Below the pieces are notes generated by a model. It worked only from the letters and a program-made list of their open reading frames with translations. It did not search any database and was not told the DNA's origin. From Sphyrna mokarran (taxonomy: Eukaryota): DNA of 64,000 bases. Below are positions 40,301 through 52,300 of this stretch, piece by piece. The stretch lies in NCBI GenBank assembly GCA_024679065.1, contig JAGIQG010000002.1, positions 25,172,001-25,236,000 on the forward strand, read 5' to 3'. Position 1 is the stretch's first letter; each line of letters opens with the position of its first letter. A program made the translations under genes and the position numbers.

Positions 40301-43300
40301 TGTGCCATGATCTCCACCATGAAGGAGTCCTGTGGAGCATGAATGCTACATTGACCCTGAGTTATGAGCACAGTCTTATCCAGAAAGCAGAGAGGGCAGA
40401 GGGACACCAAGATGTGGTGTTGCACAAAAGGACAGAGTTGGAGGAAGGATTCTGGGAGATTAAAACTAGGCAAGCCTATAGATGAATTTGAACAGGAGAA
40501 TGAGAATTTTAAAATTGCAACATTATCAGACCGCAAGCCAATGTAGATCAGCAAGCAAGGGGATGGTGGATGAAAGGGACATACCACTATGTGACCACCC
40601 ATCTTCCACTCAGTTTGTTTTTTTCTTCCCATCATCTTCATCATCTTCTCATCCTTTCTCACACTAGAATTATGTCCACTCCCTTTTGTATTCTGGTTGT
40701 CATCTTTCTTTGGTATGTCCATTCACACCCCTGTCAGAATTTGCCCCTGTCAGAATTCATGAAAGCATTCCTTGAGTTCCCTCACCCTGGGTTCAAATTG
40801 TTTTTGTTCTTCTCTGATCCTTCTCCTTCAGTCTTACCTAGAACATATTTGCAAAAGCTAAATGTCACAGCAGGATTCCAAATGCATGGTGACATTTATA
40901 AGTGATCAATAAAGGGATAGAATTCATTGAAAAATTGCAAAGTTGAAGTGCATATAGGTGATACAAAGTAAGTCATTTAAATCAATTTTAAATAACTATT
41001 TACATTAAATCAACACCTTAATGAATTATTTTTAAGTAAATTTACTTTTTAGTGGAAGTGGTGTTTAAACTTTGAATGTGCAGAATGTTATTCCATGAAG
41101 TTAGACATTTTTGAATTATTTTGTAATTTATGCTCTCTTTTAGGAATATAAGTGATAATTATTTAAGCTTGATAGGTAATGGAGCTTTTGATCATCTGTC
41201 TTCTATAATCTATTTGTAAGTATATTTCTGACATTATTAAAATTAAAATAATTAACTTAATTCTTTAAAATCTGCATTTCTATGTATTTGTTTGAATTAC
41301 TTTTTAAGTTTTATACAGTTTTGCTTCATTACTATTCTGTTAACACTTTCGGTTATTATAGTTTTGAATATTTAAATTTGAAGTTCTCACTGTGGTTTAG
41401 GAGATAAATGCATCGATACTCAATGTTGTGGTATTGAAATGTGTAGAGCAAAAAGGTCCCATATTTGATCAGTGCCCTGGACTCAGTTAGCTGATCATGA
41501 TTGAGATCTGAAGTACAAAAGGATATAGTTAGCTTTAACTCTCCTGGGCTCAAGATGCAAAATAAATCAAAATTTCTGCTATTGGCTATCAAGTGGTGAG
41601 CACATGGAAAATATGGAAGTCTGATGAGGGCCAAATGGATTCCAAACATAATTGGTAGATTTTACTCTTATATTTTGGCATTGTGACATAGCAGGTAATA
41701 AAACTTCAACGCAGATAAATGTGTGGTGGAACGTTTTGGCAAGACCAATGGGATGAAGCAGTATAATATCAAAGGTAGGAGTCTTGGCAGTGTTGAGGAG
41801 CAGAAGGATCTTGGGGTCCGGGTCCATAGGTCTCTTAAATCTGCCCCGCAAGTGGAGGATGTGGTCAAGAAGGCATATGGTGTACTGGCCTTCATTAATA
41901 GAGGAATTGAGTTTAGGAGTCGGGAGGTAATGCTGCAACTTTATAAGACCCTTGTCAGACTCCACTTGAAGTATTGTGTGCAGTTCTCGTCGCCTCACTA
42001 TAGGAAGACTGTGGAAGCTATTGAGAGAGTGCAGAGGAGATTTACAAGGATATTGCCTGGATTGGGGGGGCATGCCTTATGAAGATAGGTTGAGAGAGCT
42101 AGGTCTCTTCTTCCTGGAGAGATGAAGGTTGAGAGGCAAGCTGATAGAGGTATAAGATGTTGAGAGGAATAGATAGAGTGGATTTTCGGAGGCTATTTCC
42201 CAGGGCTGAAATGGTCACTACGAGAGGACACAGGCTTAAGGTGCTGGGGGCAAGTACAGAGAAGATGTTAGAAGTAAGTTTTTCATTCAGAAGGTGGTGA
42301 GTGAATGGAATCGGTTGCCATCAGTGGTGGTAGGGGTGAACTCGCTGGGGTCTTTTAAGAGACTTCTGGATGAGTACATGGGATTTAATGGGATTGGGAG
42401 TTACAGATAGTTCTATGGCCTGTTAAGTATAGATATGATCGGCACAACTTGTAGGCCAAAGGGCCTGTTTGAACTGTAGTGTTCTATGTTTTATGTTCTA
42501 TGTTAAAAGCAAAACTGGCTGCTTTATCACTGAGAAGGGAAAAAAAAAGTGAAGAGGGGGTTCGCATGATGTAATGCTGGTGGGGTGGGCAACTTAGCTT
42601 TTTAAAGATCAGGGCACTGTTTTTAAAGGGTGTAGTATTACAAATAAAATAAAAAATAAAGGCCCCTCTCCTTGAATATCATGGATAGAGGTCAAATTAT
42701 TAGATGTTCATTTATTGTATTTGGGTTCCTGCCATTGAATGTTGGGATTCCTGTTACATCACAGGTGAGGGAGCGGGGTGGGGAGGGGAATCCTCTTTAT
42801 GTTGGCGTGAAATGCAATCTCTGGCAAGAATTTCCTCTCCTACCACCGATTCCACCTGACAAAAACTGGAGTAGAAAATCCCTCCCGATGTTTTTCAAAG
42901 TTGGAATAGTTTTCTGATATGTATGAAAAATAGTTAATAAACCTGGCACAGACATGTGGACTGGAGAGCAGAGTAGTGTGTTGATGTGGCAAATGACAGG
43001 ACAGTCTGGGTGCTGCTTACAGACAAACCAAAAGTGTTCAGCAAAGCAATCACCCAGTCTGTGTTTGGTCTCTCTGATGCAGAGTAGTCTGCACTGGGAG
43101 CAGCAAATACAATAAACATGTTGAAGGAGGTGCATGTGAAGCATGAGGTGCTGCTTCACCTGAAGGTGGTGTTTAGGGTCTGGAATAGTGAAGAAGGAGG
43201 AGGAAAAGGGACAGATATTGCACCTTCTACAATTGCACGGGAAGGTGCTACAGACATGGGTAAGGCGTTAGGTGTGATGGAGGAGTGAACCAGGCTGTCC

Positions 43301-46300
43301 TGAAGAGAATGATCCCTGCGGAATGCTGATGGGGGAGAGAGGGGAAGATGTGTTGGATAGTGGCATCATGCTGGAGTTGGCAGAAATGGTGAAGGATTAT
43401 CTTTGAATGAGGAAGCTTGGGGTGAAAAGTGAGGACAAGGGACCTATCCTTGTTCTGGGAGGGCAGAAAGGGGGTTAGAGCAGAGGATTGGGGGGGATTG
43501 GTCAGAAGCCGGCAAGAGCCCTGTCCATACTGTGGGTGGAAAACCACAATTGAGGAAGAAGGAAGACATATCAGCACGGCTAATTTGGAAAGAGGCATCA
43601 TCAGAACAGATGTGGTGGAGGTAAAGGAACTGGGAGAATAGAATGCAGTCCTTACAGGGGTGTGGGGAGCCATAGTCAAGGTAGCTATGGGAGTCGGTGG
43701 GCTTGTAATGGATACTAGTGGACAGTTTATCACCAGAAATGGAGACAGAAAGGTCAAGGAAGGGAAGAGAAGTGTCAGAATTGGACCTGATGAAGTGATT
43801 GAGGAGTGGAAATTGGAAGCAAAATTGAGAAATGTTTCCAGGTCCAAACAAAGGCATTATAGCGGCACCAAAATAGTCGTCAACGTACTGATAAAAGATT
43901 TGTAGAGGGGGTCAGAGTAGGACTGGAACAGGAAATGCTCCATATAACCCATAAAGAGACAGTCTTAACTAGGATCCTTGCAGGTAACCATTGCCACACC
44001 TTTTATTTGGAGGAAGTGAGACAAGTTAAAGGAAAAGTTGTTAAGTGAGAGAACCAGTTTATCCAGATGGAGGAGAGTGGTGATTTGATTGGATTTAATT
44101 TATTGTTGTCACATGTATTTGTGTACTGTGAAAAGTATGATGCACCATAGAAAGCATTCTTTCTGGTTGTAACACAGCTTGGTGTGGTTCCTGCTTTACC
44201 CAAATCCTCAAGGAATTATAAAAGATCGTGAATGTAGCCCAATCCATTAACAAACCAACCTCCCATCCATTGACTTTGTCTACACTTCCCGCTACCTAGG
44301 CAAAGCAGCCAGCATAATTAAGGACCCCACACACCTTCTGTCGGGAAAAGAATACAAAAGTCTGAGTCACATACCAACTGATTTCAGAAAAGCTTCTTCC
44401 CTGCTGCTGTCAGACTTTTGAATGGACTTACCTTGCATTAACTTGATCTTTCTCTACACTCTAGCTATGACTATAACACTACATTCTGCACTGTCTTGTT
44501 TCTTCCTCTACTCCTTTCTGGAATAAAGGGAAATATGAAGATATCAGGCAGAAAATTGGACAAATAAACTGGAAGGAGGTGTTCTTGGGGAAAATTTCTG
44601 AAGGAAGGTGGCAGATGTTTAAGGAATATTTGTCTGAAGCTCTGTATGACAACATTCCGATGAGACAGGGAGGTTTTGATAGGTCGTAGGAACCGTGGTG
44701 CACGAAGGTTGTGATGAACTTAGTCAGGAAGAAAGGCGTACAGAAGGTCCAGAGAGCTAGGAGATGTTAAGGATCTAGAGGAGCATACAGGTTGTAGGAA
44801 GGAGCATGAAAAGGAAATTAGGAGAGCCAGAAGAGGTCATGAGAAGGCCTTGGTGGGTAAGATTAAGGAGAACCCCAAGGCGTTCTACAAATACGTGAAG
44901 AGTAAAATGATGAGAAATGAAGGAATAGGACCTATAAAAGGTGAAGGGGGAAATGTCTGTGTGGAACGGAAAGAAATGGCAGAGGAGCTTAATGAGTATT
45001 TTGCCTCGGTATTCACAGTGGAAAATGATCTGGGAGGTTGTACTGCAAGTTTGCAGCGGACTGAAAAGATTGAGTACGTGGACATTAAGAAAGAGGACGT
45101 GTTGGAACTTTTAAATTCTATCAAGGTAGATAACTCACCGGGACAAAATGGGATAGAACATAGAACATTACAGCGCAGAACAGGCCCTTCAGCCCTCGAT
45201 GTTGCGCCGACCTCGATGTACGCCAGATTACTGTGGGAGGTGAAGGAAGAGATTGCAGAGCCCCTGGCGATGATCTTTGCGTCGTCGATGGAGACGGGAG
45301 AAATTCTGGAGGATTGGAGGATTGCGGATGTGGTTTCTATTTTCAAGAAAGGGAACAGGGATAGTCCGAGAAATTATCAAATGGTGAGTCTAACCTTAGT
45401 GGTTGGTAAGTTGATGGAGAAGATACTGAGGGACAGGATTTATGAACATTTAGAGAAGTTAGTATGATCAGAAATAGTCTGCATGGCTTTGTCAAGGGCA
45501 GGTCATGACTTACAAGTCTTCTTTGAAAATGAGACTGAACACATTGACGAAGGAAGAGCAGTGGAGGTTTATATAGACTTCAGAAAGGCGTTTAATAACG
45601 TCCCTCATGCAAGACTTCTTGAGAACGTGAGAGGGCATGGGATCCAAGAGGCTTGCTTCCAGAAGGTTGTGGTTGTGGATGGGTCTTTTTCTGCATGGAG
45701 GTCGGTCACCAGCGGAGTGCTCCAAGGATCTGTTCTAGGATCCTTGCTGTTTGTCATTTTCATAAATGACCTGGATGAGGAAGTGGAGGGATGGGTTAGT
45801 AAGTTTGCCAACGACACGAAGGTTGGTGGTGTTGTGGATAGCCTGGAGAGGTGTCAGAAGTTGTGGCGAGACATGGATAGGATGCAAGACTGGGCAGAGA
45901 AGTGGCAGATGGACTTCAATTTGGATAAATGTGTAGTGGTCTGTTTTGGCAGGTCCAATGGGATGAAGGAGTACAAGATCTAGGGTAGGACTCCTGGCAG
46001 TGTTGAGGAGCAGAAGGATATTGGGGTCTGCGTCCATAGGACTCTTAAATCAGAATATTCAATTAATTCATCTCCCCCACCTTCTGAGGCAGAGTTCCAA
46101 AGTTTCATAACACTTTGAGAGAAAAAACACTTTTCATTAATGTCCTAGAAGGGCTACCTCTAAATTTAAAGTAGTGCCCTCTAGTTCTGTACTCACAAGA
46201 GGAACCATCCTTGCCACATCAACACCCTGTCAAAACCAGGGTCTCACTACACTTCAATCAACAAACAAAGATCAAAGAACAAAGAACAAAACAGCACGGG

Positions 46301-49300
46301 AAACAGGCCCTTCGGCCCAACGAGCCTGCACCGCCACCCTGATGTTCCCACCTCTACCTGCGATCCCTGTCTATGTTTATAGATCTATGGATTAAAAACC
46401 AAATTTGAGAAAATTTAGGGAGAATTTGTTTTGCCAATTAGCTTAAGAGCACATCTTTGGGATGTGGGAGGAAACCGGAGCACCCGGAGAAAACCCCCGC
46501 AAGCACGGGGAGAATGCGCAAACTCCCACAGACACAGGCCCCAAATCCATGTATCTGCACAGCACAGCGATAGTCACTGAGCTGTCGTGTTGCCCCATCA
46601 AATGGTCCAGGTCAAGCGTACACTAACGACGTGAAGCACTAGGATACTCTCGAAAAAAATCCAAGAGCAGCCCTCTCACGACCCATCGCGTGTATGCCCC
46701 GCGTTAGACAACAAGGTGGACCAAAGCACCTGTAGGATAAAAACAAGTACATCAATATCATCATCTATTTAAACACTTCCCAGGGACTCCCAAGGCTCAT
46801 GATCCCTATTTTAAATCAGTTTTCTATACCCTCCATTCCCATTCTGTTCATGTGCCCATCTAAGTATTTCTTAAATAACTCCAGAGTGCCTGCCTCCACC
46901 ACTTTACTTGGCAGCGCATTCCATACCCCCATCACCCTCTGTGTGAAAAAACTCCCTCTAGCATCCAAATTATACCTTACCCATCTCACCCTAAGCCCAT
47001 GACCCCTCGTGCTATTAGAGTCCATCCTAGGAAAAAGCTTAACTCTATTTACTCTATCTATCCCCTTCATAATCTTGAACACCTCTATTAGATCTCCTCT
47101 AAGTCTACATCTTTCTAAGGAAAACAGTCCCAATTTGCCTAATCTCTCCTCGTAACTCAGACCTTCCATATCAGGCAGCATCCTGGTAAACCTCTTCTGC
47201 ACTCTTTTCAGAGTCTCCACGTCTTTCTGGTAGTAAGGCAACCAGAACTGGACGCAGTATTCCACATGAGGTCTACACATCGTTTTATACAACTGCAACA
47301 TTAAAGGCCAGCTCTTGTACTCTATACCCCTTCCTGTAAAGGCTAACATACTATACGCTTTCTTCACAACCTTTTCCACTTGCTCTGCCACCTTCAGAGA
47401 TTTGTTCACCTGCACCCCCAGGTCCCTCTGCGTTTCTATACTTTTAATAGGTCTACCCTTTATCATATACCTCCCCCCTACATTCTTTCTCCCGAAATGC
47501 ATCGCCTCACATTTATCAGGATTGAATTCCGTCTGCCATCTGTCTGCCCAAGCTACCAGCCTATCTATGTCCTGCTGCATTGCCTGACAATGCTCCTCAC
47601 TATCCGCAAATCCAGCCATCTCTGTATCATCTGCAAACTTGCTGATCACTCCACTTACTCCCTCTTCCAAGTCATTTATATATATTACAAATAGAAGAGG
47701 TCCCAGTACCGAGCCCTGCGGCACACCACTAGTGACCGATCAAGTCACTCCCCACTCTTATAAGCTCCAATGAATTGCAACAAGAGGAATGGGACTGCTC
47801 TACAATGCTATTCTAACATGGGAGCACTGTTTTAAAATTAGGGGGCCACCCTTTGAGACCAAAGATGAGGAGAACTTTTTTTCTCTCAGGGTTATTGGAC
47901 TTTGGAACTGTGCCTCAAGGCAGTGGAAGTGGGATCATTAATTATTTTTAAGGCAGAGGCAGGTTTTTTGTTAGCAAGGGAATGAAAGGTATTCTGGGTA
48001 AATAGGAATGTAGAATTTGAAACACAGATAGGTTAGCCATGATTTTATTTGAATGTTGGAGCAGGCTTGAGGGACCAAATGGCGTTTGTAAGCTTTTTGT
48101 TTGGGAAGGGTGGAAAACAAGTTTCTGCATTGTCTAGTTTGTGCATGTGTACTTCACTTTGTGATGACGAGATCAATGCTGAATTCATTAGTTTTAGTCG
48201 TGTTGTATTGACGGATATCAAACTGAAGACAAAACACTTTTTCTATAATGAGAGAGAGAAAAAATGTTGATTGTAGGGTGATGACAAATGAATCATTCCT
48301 AGAACCCAATCAGGGTTTAATTTGTGGCAGCCTTTGAGAGCTTGTCTACTGTATGATGACCACAAAGACCATGGGGAAATCATCAATAGATCTACCTGTG
48401 GCTTTATGGAGTGTGAACTGGTTCACTGAGTGAGTAAATGCTCACCCAATGGAAAGCAGTCAGTGGAAGTTTTTAAGCTTGTAATTTCACCTTGACTGGT
48501 GTTGTAGGTCCCAAGGTGAAGACTACCTGATTGTGAGCCATAGAAACATCTCTTTCCTTTGGTGCACAATAAAGGGTGTTGGTGATGAGAAACTGGCTTT
48601 TGGCTGAATTACTGCATTGGCAATGAAGAAGAAAATTATTTTTCCTCTACCTTTCGCTCTGGGTAACCTCTGAATGTCAAGAACTTCTCCAGTAGGAAAA
48701 AGTAATTATGCCTTTTTTTGGGAAACTTGAGTCCTATGAAACCAGTCGGGAAGATTGGGCCCAATATATTGAACACATGCATTATTTCTACCATGCTAAC
48801 AGCATTAAAGGAACCCAAAATCAGAAAGTGATGTTAACAGCTTGTGGACCCCATTTTCAGTGTGATAAGAAATCTGACCTATCTGGATGCTCTGACTCAA
48901 CGTTTAATGGGCTACTTAATATAAAGTTGTTATAATCCCAGATGACCATAGACTTACTGGTTGTGATTTAACCTGAGGATCACCATTTCTCAGGTGAGGA
49001 GCCAGGTTGAAAAGGCGAAGCTTTCATGAATAACCTCAATTGGTAAGGGAATCCAACTTGCACTGTTGGCGTTGCTCTGCACATTAACCAGCCATCTAGC
49101 CAACTGGTCATTATTGGTGAGCTGGCAGACCTGGTAAAAAACCACTGTGACCCACAGCCCCTGGTAATTCTCCAGAGATATTGCTTCAATGTGTTTAGCA
49201 AAATCCCTGGTGAACCTGTTACTGAGTTCTTGGCTAGATTAGAACAAGGTATGGTACAGCACATGAACAGGCCCTTCCTTCAGCACACCAAGTCTGTGCT

Positions 49301-52300
49301 AACACAGATGCATCTCCAATCTAATAAGCCTGACATATCAGTTAGTCTTTGAGGGGATTATAAACTGACAGTCAATAGGCTTTCTGAGCTTAGTAGATAT
49401 CCCATGTCTGGATCGAAGATTTCTTCACTAAATTAACAGACAGCAAGATGTTCTCCAAGTTGGACATGAGCCATGCCTATCTTCAGCTTGAAGTTGACTT
49501 GTCCTCCCAGAAATATGTGACAATCAATACGTGTAAGGTACTCTTAAGAGTATATCCATTTGCCCTTTGGGGTCTCACTGGTGTGTGCCACCTCCCAAAG
49601 AGCTAGGTAAGGACTGCTCATGGTAATGGTAAACTTAGATGACATCTTCATCATAGGAGCTTCAGTATAGGGAACACCTGGCCAACTTAGAAGAAGCCAT
49701 GCAGAGATTTTCCAGAGCAGGTGTTCATTTGAAGAGGGAGAAATGTGGTTTCCGAGCAGCCTGAGTAATCCTATTTACGTTACCAAGTAGATGGCAAAGA
49801 GTTATATCCAGTACAGGATAAGGTAAAAGCCATCAGGGAAGCACCAATTCCAAGGAACACCACAGAGTTAAACTTCTTCCTGGGGTTAGTCACTTATTAT
49901 GGAAAATTTATTCTGAATTGCACACTCTCTTGCACAGCCTATTATGAAAATATCAAAGATGGTCCTGTTACTGTCATTTAATTTACTAGCCAATTTTGAC
50001 CCTAAGGAAGAATTTGTATTAACTTTTGATGCTTCCCCTGTGAGGCTGGTGCAATGCTATCACATTGCTAGAAAGATGGGATGGAAATGGCCATCATGTA
50101 TGCCTCCAGGTCACTTTCAGATACAGAATGAAGATATTCTCAAATTGAGAAGAAAGGTTAGTGGAGACCTTGCCAGTGTCAGCAAGGCAGATCAAAGGCT
50201 AGATCCAAAAAACCTAACCTTATCCAAAATAAGGCACATGATCCTATATGGGGATGCCATGATCAAACCTCTGCAGTTCTGATTTAAAAAGCAGAACTTA
50301 GCATTGAGGACAAGATCATTCTTTAGGGGTCCAAGATTAAAGGAACTGCATAGTAGCCACTGAGGAGTATCAAAAATGAAGGTACTCGCTAGGAGTTACA
50401 TCTGGTGGCCTGGTCTTGACTCTGACATCACAGAGTTGGTGAAACAATGTGATCTGTGCCAGGAAAACCAAAGTTTACACCCTCAGTCTTTCTATACACA
50501 TAGGAGTATTCTGACAGGCCATGAGTGTGTGTACATTTGATTTTTGCAGATCAATGTTCAATGTTTCTACTCATGGTGGATGTGCATTCCAAGTGGTTGG
50601 AGGGTGTACCACATGGGTTCCATGACTTCTCAGGCTATAATTGAGAAATTCAGCACACATGGAATATTGTAAGCCCTGGTTTCTGATGATGATGTGGCCT
50701 TCACTCATGGTGATTTCCAGAACTTTGTGCCCTGAAGTGGTATCCAAAGTGTCTGAACTGCACTTTGTTACCCACTGTCAAATGGACAGGCAGAATGGGC
50801 GGTTCAAACCTTCAAAAATGGTATGAGGGAACAATCGATGGCACCCATGGAGATCAAATTAGCATGATTTCTGTTTGATTACAAGACTACACTAAACATT
50901 ACAATAGATGTGGCCCCTGCAGAGCTGTTAATGCAATGAAAACTTTGTACCCAATTGAGCTTACTCTTCTCAAATTTGGAACAGAGGGTGAAGTTCCAAC
51001 AGGAAAGTCTATTATAAACTTTGATTCTGATTCCCTGAGACCCTAGGATTATTATGGAGAAAACAGGACCAGTGTCTTACAAAGTCATGGTTCTGGGTGA
51101 AACCCTAAAAAAGTATTTGTATCACCTCAAAACCATGGTGTCCTTGCCTGACCCACCCCAGCCATCCACCATAGAGATTAACTACTGTCAGTTCCAGCCC
51201 TCAGCTCATAGCTGACCCCAAGGTGGCCTCTCCAGATAGTGAAGGTTTGAATTTGAAACGGAGGCTGAAGAAATGGGCCTGCGGTTGAAGTGAAAACTGG
51301 GGGAATCTGCTTTGGTTAGCTGGTAATTCTCTCACTGCCAAAGACAGTTCTCTCTTTGATTTACACTGCCTGAACCATCCTCACCTTCGATCAACCTCTA
51401 ATCTGTTGCCAAGTGTTGGAAAGGACCTCCTCGCAGTGGGGGTGCTGGGAGAGTTGCAGACCTAAGGGGAGAGGGAAGTTATGGTGATTATGAAGGCCAT
51501 GGCGGATCACCATTAGATCTACCTATGGGCTTCGTGGAGCATGAGCTGTCTTATTGAGTGAACAGAGTTTCACCCAATAGGAAGCAGTCAGCAAGGGTTT
51601 TTAAGCCTTTAACTTTACCTGGACTGATGTTATTGGTCCCAAGATGAGGAATAGCTGACGGGAGTGGCTCTTTCCTTCAGTGTACAATAGAGGATATTGG
51701 TGAAGAGAAATTTGAGTGAGACTGAATTACTACATCTATGTTTGCTCTTGTCTGTAGATTCTACGTTACATACAAAATCTGAATAAGTGGAAACAATTTA
51801 ACAATTAGAAAAAGAGGCAATATGAAAAATTATAATGTGCATCCATACACAGATCTTGTAAAAGCATACATATATACAAAATTAGAGGAACAAACACATT
51901 ATATTTTCCTCAAGCTGCTTATATTGTATTCAAAACTAATCATTTATTTGAAAATATAATGTCAACTGTTAATTTTTAGGGACCTTCGTGCAACTTCCAT
52001 TTCTCTTGACATTCTCAAAGGTATTTTAGAGAGTACAATAAATATCGTCAACCTGTAAGTATTGTCAGGAATTATTATTAGGACTTTTTTTTACTGTGTT
52101 TAGCTGTAATGAGGGCAATTTTACCATTTTTATTCAAACTGTGGGGGGGGGGGCGATGTGAAACTGGAGGAGTTTCAGATCTGACTTTTAGGTTCATTTT
52201 TAGTCCTCCCCATATGCACTTTGCTTGCAAAATTTTGAGCATGTCAGATTTGTGCTGCAGAAGCCAGTGGGTGGGGCTTAACGCAACCAAAAGCCTGCAG

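Noticed and set aside
40177-40905. 181-aa and 111-aa ORFs
   Set aside because: Low-complexity, likely Harbinger-partner or other TE remnants, with no recognisable intact domain or splice support.
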